A program made the position numbers and the translations under genes. Under the pieces are notes generated by a model. The model did not search any database. It was not told the origin of the DNA and saw nothing but the letters and a program-made list of their open reading frames with translations. Positions 59,217 through 64,000 of a stretch of DNA of 64,000 nt are shown in pieces (position 1 is the first letter of the stretch; each line of letters opens with the position of its first letter). The stretch covers positions 243,538 through 307,537 of the forward strand of contig JACKGO010000001.1 of NCBI GenBank assembly GCA_020631975.1, written 5' to 3'. The DNA is from Candidatus Nomurabacteria bacterium. GTDB lineage: Bacteria > Patescibacteriota > Saccharimonadia > Saccharimonadales > CAIOMD01.

Positions 59217-60263
59217 TTAATGGATAGTTGTTTGATGTGCGACGAGGCGTCCCAATACTTGGGCAGATGCAACGGTGTTGGCATGACCACTCAACCCAGT
59301 GTCTAATACTGTGGTAGGTACCGATAGACGTGTTAGGGCATCACGATATTTATTGGCGGCGTTTGTATTATCTACAGTGTCATCCCCACCTGAAGGTGCA
59401 CAATATATAAATTTCGTGTTCCCAGGTGACACAATATTGCGGAGCGACTGCCATTGTTCTTCTACGTTAAAAGCACTGATAATTTTAATCTGTGATAAAG
59501 CTAACTCTGGTGAACAATCATTCATTGTTTGCTTTATACTATCGCGTACGTGCTGCACCCACTGCGCATTGTCCTGAATATTTAAAAATCTCTGAACGTC
59601 ACCGTCGCCGTCTAGTAAACTATAGATAAATTTGGGTGGTATAACAGGCATGTGATCAGTATATTTACCTAAGTCTGATACAAGCTGTGCCAAATCACCA
59701 TCAATAGCGTCTCTTACGTCTGCAGGCGATGAATATGCAGCAAGATAATTAATCTTAGGCAATGATGTTGGCTTGGCACCAGCTCGTAAAGTAGTCAGCG
59801 CCATAAGGGCGGTTGGTAGCCCCATGCTAACACCAACGATATTCAACGTACTCATGTGGCGTGCTTGTACATATTTTTCTATGCAAGCACCCAGTTCTTC
59901 TATGGTAAATCCTTGGTTAGGATACATAATAGACGCCACGGCCTGACGCTGACCAATAGCGGAAAATAATTCTTGGGCAGCATTCACACTATACTTTTGA
60001 CCAAAGCCTCCAAATACAAGCCACTCTTCACCACCTTTTGCTAAAGTCTCAGAACCTTCTGACGGAATAATCATAAAGTCGTCGTCCGGCCATCGTTCGT
60101 GAATAGCAATGCTATCTATCCGTTGTACATAGGGACCCACGACTGCTACACCTACAGCAGTGTACGCTAAACGTTTGAGGAGATCGCGTCGTGACAAACC
60201 TGGCTGACGATCATATAAAGGCTGCTCAGGTTTTTCGGCTGGCTTTTTTAATCTTTTAAACAT
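59217..60263 (-). CDS. Tat-signal alpha/beta-hydrolase-fold protein
   Basis: SRRDLLKRLAYTAVGVAVVG twin-arginine signal and a GVSMG nucleophile elbow (GxSxG). Confidence 0.4.
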   Translation of the reverse strand: MFKRLKKPAEKPEQPLYDRQPGLSRRDLLKRLAYTAVGVAVVGPYVQRIDSIAIHERWPDDDFMIIPSEGSETLAKGGEEWLVFGGFGQKYSVNAAQELFSAIGQRQAVASIMYPNQGFTIEELGACIEKYVQARHMSTLNIVGVSMGLPTALMALTTLRAGAKPTSLPKINYLAAYSSPADVRDAIDGDLAQLVSDLGKYTDHMPVIPPKFIYSLLDGDGDVQRFLNIQDNAQWVQHVRDSIKQTMNDCSPELALSQIKIISAFNVEEQWQSLRNIVSPGNTKFIYCAPSGGDDTVDNTNAANKYRDALTRLSVPTTVLDTGLSGHANTVASAQVLGRLVAHQTTIH

Positions 60264-60383
60264 ACATAAAAAAGTATACACTGTTGAAAACAACCTTGGT
60301 AGCATAAGCATTTCAAATGTATTTTGTAATAAAAATGCCGTAAACTTTTGTCTACGGCATTTGTATCTTAATACTCAGCGAAA

Positions 60384-60698
60384 TTACATTTTAATTTCGG
60401 CGTCACACCCTGCTGGTAAACTTAGATTCATTAATGAATCAATGGTTTTCGGTGTCGGGTTGGTAATATCGATAAGTCGTTTATGAACGCGCATCTCAAA
60501 TTGTTCGCGCCCTTTTTTGTAAACATGAGGACTTTTCACTACAGTATACACCGTCTTTCGTGTCGGCAATGGTATGGGGCCGGCTATGGTAGCACCGGTA
60601 CGAAGTGCTGTTTCTACTATTTGCTTAGCGGATTGATCAATGACTTTATGATCATACGCCTTGAGTCGTATGCGAATACGCTGTTGAGTTTCTGCCAT
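60384..60698 (-). CDS. rpsJ: 30S ribosomal protein S10
   Basis: [30 protein letters not shown]. Confidence 0.9.
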   Translation of the reverse strand: MAETQQRIRIRLKAYDHKVIDQSAKQIVETALRTGATIAGPIPLPTRKTVYTVVKSPHVYKKGREQFEMRVHKRLIDITNPTPKTIDSLMNLSLPAGCDAEIKM

Positions 60699-60824
60699 GA
60701 ATAATACCCTGTCTTTCTATGCGTAGTGTAACATCTTTGGCAAGCTATGAAAGAGCACGCACTAAGACTTTTAGTCACTACAATTAATGTACTAATATAT
60801 CATAACACAATTGCTTGTATTATC

Positions 60825-60854
60825 AAAAAAAGCCTCTTGCGAGGCTTTTCTTGT
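60825..60854 (-). terminator. tuf intrinsic terminator (bidirectional hairpin)
   Basis: Minus-strand GCCTC-GCAA-GAGGC followed by TTTTTTTGAT. Confidence 0.6.
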
Positions 60855-60877
60855 TGCACTAAGATATGTACAAATTA

Positions 60878-62059
60878 CTATTTGTTGATTTTGGTTACAA
60901 CACCAGCACCAACCGTGCGACCACCTTCGCGGATTGCAAAGCGTAAACCCTGCTCCATCGCAATAGGTGCAAGAAGCGTAACTTTAAAGGTTACTGTATC
61001 ACCTGGCATGACCATTTCTTTGTCAGCTGGCAATTCTACTTCGCCTGTTACGTCCGTTGTTCTAAAGTAAAACTGTGGCTTGTAGCCTTTAAAGAACGGC
61101 GTGTGTCGGCCACCTTCTTCTTTTGTAAGAATATAAACCTCTGCATCGAATTCGGTGTGAGGTGTAATAGAACCTGGTTTACACAGCACTTGACCGCGCT
61201 CGATGTCATCACGCTCGATACCACGGAGCAAAATTCCAGCGTTATCACCAGCTTGGCCTTGGTTAAGGCTCTTCTTAAACATCTCTATACCAGTTACAAC
61301 ACTCTTTTGAGTTGGTTTAACACCAACAATTTCTACTTCGTCATTAACTTTTACAATACCTTGTTCGATACGGCCGGTAGCCACGGTACCACGACCTTTG
61401 ATTGAAAAGACGTCTTCTATAGCCATCATGAACGGCTTGTCAAGGTCACGAGCTGGCTCTGGAATGTAATCATCCATAGCTGCAATCAGTTCCATGACGG
61501 CATCTTCATTCGCTGCATCGCCTTCGATAGCCTTGGTTGCTGAACCTTTGATAATCGGAGCATCTTCATCAAAATCATATTTAGCGAGTAGCTCGCGAAC
61601 ATCCATTTCTACAAGCTCTACGAGTTCTGGATCTGCAAGGTCCATTTTATTGAGAAACACGAGAATCTTAGGCACTCCCACTTGCTTAGCAAGAAGAACG
61701 TGTTCACGGGTTTGAGGCATAGGGCCATCAGCCGCAGACACTACCAAAATAGCTCCGTCAATTTGAGCTGCACCAGTAATCATGTTTTTAACATAGTCGG
61801 CGTGACCAGGCATGTCTACGTGAGCATAGTGACGCTTTTCGCTCTCATATTCTTGGTGAGAGGTAGCAATGGTAATACCACGCTGCTTCTCTTCTGGTGC
61901 GTTATCAATTTGATCATAATTTACTGCTTTATTAACATCGCTTGGCAAGCGCTTTGCGAGTGTCATAGTGATAGCAGCGGTTAGTGAAGTTTTTCCGTGG
62001 TCAACGTGACCCATGGTACCAACATTCACGTGTGGCTTGCTTCTGTCAAAATCTGCCAT
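60878..62059 (-). CDS. tuf: elongation factor Tu
   Basis: [19 protein letters not shown] and NKMD GTPase motifs; 393 aa. Confidence 0.95.
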   Translation of the reverse strand: MADFDRSKPHVNVGTMGHVDHGKTSLTAAITMTLAKRLPSDVNKAVNYDQIDNAPEEKQRGITIATSHQEYESEKRHYAHVDMPGHADYVKNMITGAAQIDGAILVVSAADGPMPQTREHVLLAKQVGVPKILVFLNKMDLADPELVELVEMDVRELLAKYDFDEDAPIIKGSATKAIEGDAANEDAVMELIAAMDDYIPEPARDLDKPFMMAIEDVFSIKGRGTVATGRIEQGIVKVNDEVEIVGVKPTQKSVVTGIEMFKKSLNQGQAGDNAGILLRGIERDDIERGQVLCKPGSITPHTEFDAEVYILTKEEGGRHTPFFKGYKPQFYFRTTDVTGEVELPADKEMVMPGDTVTFKVTLLAPIAMEQGLRFAIREGGRTVGAGVVTKINK

Positions 62060-62225
62060 TCATTTCTCCTTTAAGAGTGATTAATTTATATACATTTTTT
62101 GCGCCATAAAGAGGCAACGCCTCACGCAATAACCCTACTAGTGTACCGAAAACACAGCCTCGTTGTAAAGGTGTTTTTTTATTTTATGATTGTGCTTTTA
62201 CGCAATCTTACGCCTACGTAATATT

Positions 62226-62489
62226 TTAGCTAGATTTGCCCCGTGGAACGCCTGCTCTATGAGCTACTGCACCCAACGAACGTAACGCTTTGCCTTGAAG
62301 GTTCATCGCTTCTAGAACTGTTTTGGCAGCCAAAACACCCGTAGCGTAGCCGATACGCTCTGACCATGAGTCCATTGCTTTAACATCTAACGCTAACAGC
62401 CGGGTGTGCGGACCATCATATTCATCAATGAATGTGAATTTGCTATCCATCTGGCAATTAACAAGTTGATTACTTGCCTGCTTTTGCAA
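62226..62489 (-). CDS. hypothetical small protein between fusA and tuf
   Basis: 87-codon ORF whose first ATG overlaps the fusA 3' end by 20 nt. An internal ATG at 62450 gives a non-overlapping 74-aa protein. Confidence 0.3.
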   Translation of the reverse strand: MQKQASNQLVNCQMDSKFTFIDEYDGPHTRLLALDVKAMDSWSERIGYATGVLAAKTVLEAMNLQGKALRSLGAVAHRAGVPRGKSS

Positions 62490-64000
62490 TTATAGCTTCA
62501 GTGACGTGGTTTGGTACATCAGCATAATGGTCAAGTTCCATGCTTGAGCTAGCACGACCTTTTGTCATAGACCTTAGATTTGTCGTGTAACCAAACATTT
62601 CCCCAAGGGGGACAAATGAAGTTATTTCTTTTATTCCAGCTTGCAAATCCTCCATAGATTCTATTCGGCCACGCTTTGCGTTAAGATCACCAATAACATC
62701 ACCCATATATTCTTCTGGGACCACCACAACAACTTTCATAATAGGCTCGAGCAACACTGGTTTCGCAAGCTTTACCCCGTCTTGCAGCGCCATTGAACCT
62801 GCAATCTTAAAGGCCATCTCACTTGAGTCAACATCGTGATAGCTCCCATAGTAGAGTTCTGCCTTTAGGTCTACAACAGGATACCCTGCAAGAACTCCAT
62901 TAGCCATAGCTTCGATAATACCGGCCTTAACAGCAGGGATGTATTCGCTTGGCACAACCCCACCCTTGATACTATTAATGAACTCAAAGCCTTTGCCAGC
63001 TTCGTTCTGGCTGAGACGTAACCATACGTCACCGTACTGCCCACGTCCGCCACTTTGACGAATGAATTTACCCTGTATTTCAACCCCGTCTTTACGTATT
63101 GTTTCACGATAGGCTACTTGTGGCGCACCAATATTCGCTTCTACACTGAATTCTCGTTTCATGCGATCTACAATGATTTCTAAATGCAGTTCGCCCATAC
63201 CACTTATAATTGTTTGGCCGGTTTCGTGGTCTACTTTAATTCTAAAAGTTGGATCTTCTTCAGCGAGTCGTTGCAAGGCAAGACTCATTTTTTCTTGGTC
63301 TGCCTTGGTAGCTGGTTCAATAGCGATACTGACAGGAGGCTCTGGGAAGGTAATGCTTTCCAGCACTATAGGATGTGCTGGGTCACATAATGTATTACCA
63401 GTTGTGGTGCCTTTTAAGCCAACAATAGCGGCAATATCACCTGCATATACAACAGAGACGTCTTCGCGCTTATCTGCTTGCATACGGACAATACGGCCAA
63501 TTCTTTCTTTGTTACCTGTGGAACTATTAAAAACATAACTACCTGACTCTATTTTGCCCGAATACACCCTGAAGTATGCGAGTTTTCCTACAAAAGGATC
63601 TGTCGCAATTTTGAATGCCAATGCAGAAAAAGGTTCGCTTTCTAATGGTTTACGTTCAATTTCTTCGTCATTTTTTGGATTTGTACCCCACGTTGAACCA
63701 CGTTCTTCTGGGCTTGGTAGAAAATCAGTAACGAGATCTAGCACTTTTTCTACAATGACACCACGGCCATCGCCGCCAGTAACGGCAAAAAAGTTTCCAC
63801 TTAGTGTCGCTGTGCGAATAGACTGTTTAATATCGGCTTCTGTTAAACCTTCTTCGCCGACTTCGAGGTATTTTTCTAGCATCGGTTCATCTTCAGCGAC
63901 AGCGTTTTCAATTAATAAGCTGCGATATTTAGCAACTTTTTCTTGCATGTCAGCTGGTATGTCTGACTCAACGAGTTCGTGATCGGTAAATGCTTTATAG
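62470..64000 (-). CDS. fusA: elongation factor G (5' end beyond the window)
   Basis: Domains II-V of EF-G ([35 protein letters not shown]). The frame is open to the window edge. Confidence 0.9.
   Translation of the reverse strand, partial: YKAFTDHELVESDIPADMQEKVAKYRSLLIENAVAEDEPMLEKYLEVGEEGLTEADIKQSIRTATLSGNFFAVTGGDGRGVIVEKVLDLVTDFLPSPEERGSTWGTNPKNDEEIERKPLESEPFSALAFKIATDPFVGKLAYFRVYSGKIESGSYVFNSSTGNKERIGRIVRMQADKREDVSVVYAGDIAAIVGLKGTTTGNTLCDPAHPIVLESITFPEPPVSIAIEPATKADQEKMSLALQRLAEEDPTFRIKVDHETGQTIISGMGELHLEIIVDRMKREFSVEANIGAPQVAYRETIRKDGVEIQGKFIRQSGGRGQYGDVWLRLSQNEAGKGFEFINSIKGGVVPSEYIPAVKAGIIEAMANGVLAGYPVVDLKAELYYGSYHDVDSSEMAFKIAGSMALQDGVKLAKPVLLEPIMKVVVVVPEEYMGDVIGDLNAKRGRIESMEDLQAGIKEITSFVPLGEMFGYTTNLRSMTKGRASSSMELDHYADVPNHVTEAIIAKAGK

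Noticed and set aside
63554-63982. Plus-strand ORFs opposite fusA (also 63161..63538)
   Set aside because: They are antisense to EF-G, which is unambiguously identified.

Overview
This 64-kb window comes from a low-GC, small-gene bacterial genome, and almost all of the ribosomal-protein super-operon lies on the minus strand, co-linear with the canonical order. From high to low coordinates it reads fusA(partial)-tuf, rpsJ, rplC-D-W-B-rpsS-rplV-rpsC-rplP-rpmC-rpsQ-rplN-X-E-rpsN-H-rplF-R-rpsE-rplO, secY-infA-rpmJ-rpsM-K-D-rpoA-rplQ-rplM-rpsI, trpS, rluA-like, holB, a tRNA Thr-Tyr-Thr cluster, rpmG, secE-nusG-rplK-rplA, rplJ-rplL, tdk and dnaX. A Candidate Phyla Radiation / Saccharibacteria-like organism is suggested by the absence of rpmD (L30) between rpsE and rplO and of adk/map after secY, by lysine-rich extensions on many r-proteins, and by a tRNA-Trp(CCA) with standard stop usage. 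This assignment is inference only. The conserved backbone is broken by several mixed-strand accessory islands:
- an Ile-codon leader-peptide attenuator in front of a threonine dehydratase;
- a thymidylate island (dcd plus a tmk-thyX-thyX fusion) inside rplKA/rplJL;
- a standalone GGDEF diguanylate cyclase;
- a 14-kb island between secE and rpmG holding a GT2 membrane glycosyltransferase, a PAS histidine kinase, an inverted tRNA-Trp, an interrupted KaiC-like ATPase, msrA, a sortase with an LAYTG PD40 surface protein, and an alpha-glucan cluster (GalT-like HIT enzyme, PRTase, GT4, GH57, GH15);
- a 6.8-kb island between secY and rplO (TrmH-like methyltransferase, DsbA plus a CxxC membrane partner, a frameshifted HrpA-like helicase, two unknown proteins);
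- a 6.3-kb island between rplC and rpsJ (pyrG, a bactofilin-like membrane protein, gdh, rhodanese, a Tat-signal hydrolase).
No CRISPR array, integrase or transposase was seen. A 0.6-kb ORF-free, partly GC-rich structured region downstream of rpsI is a candidate unannotated ncRNA.
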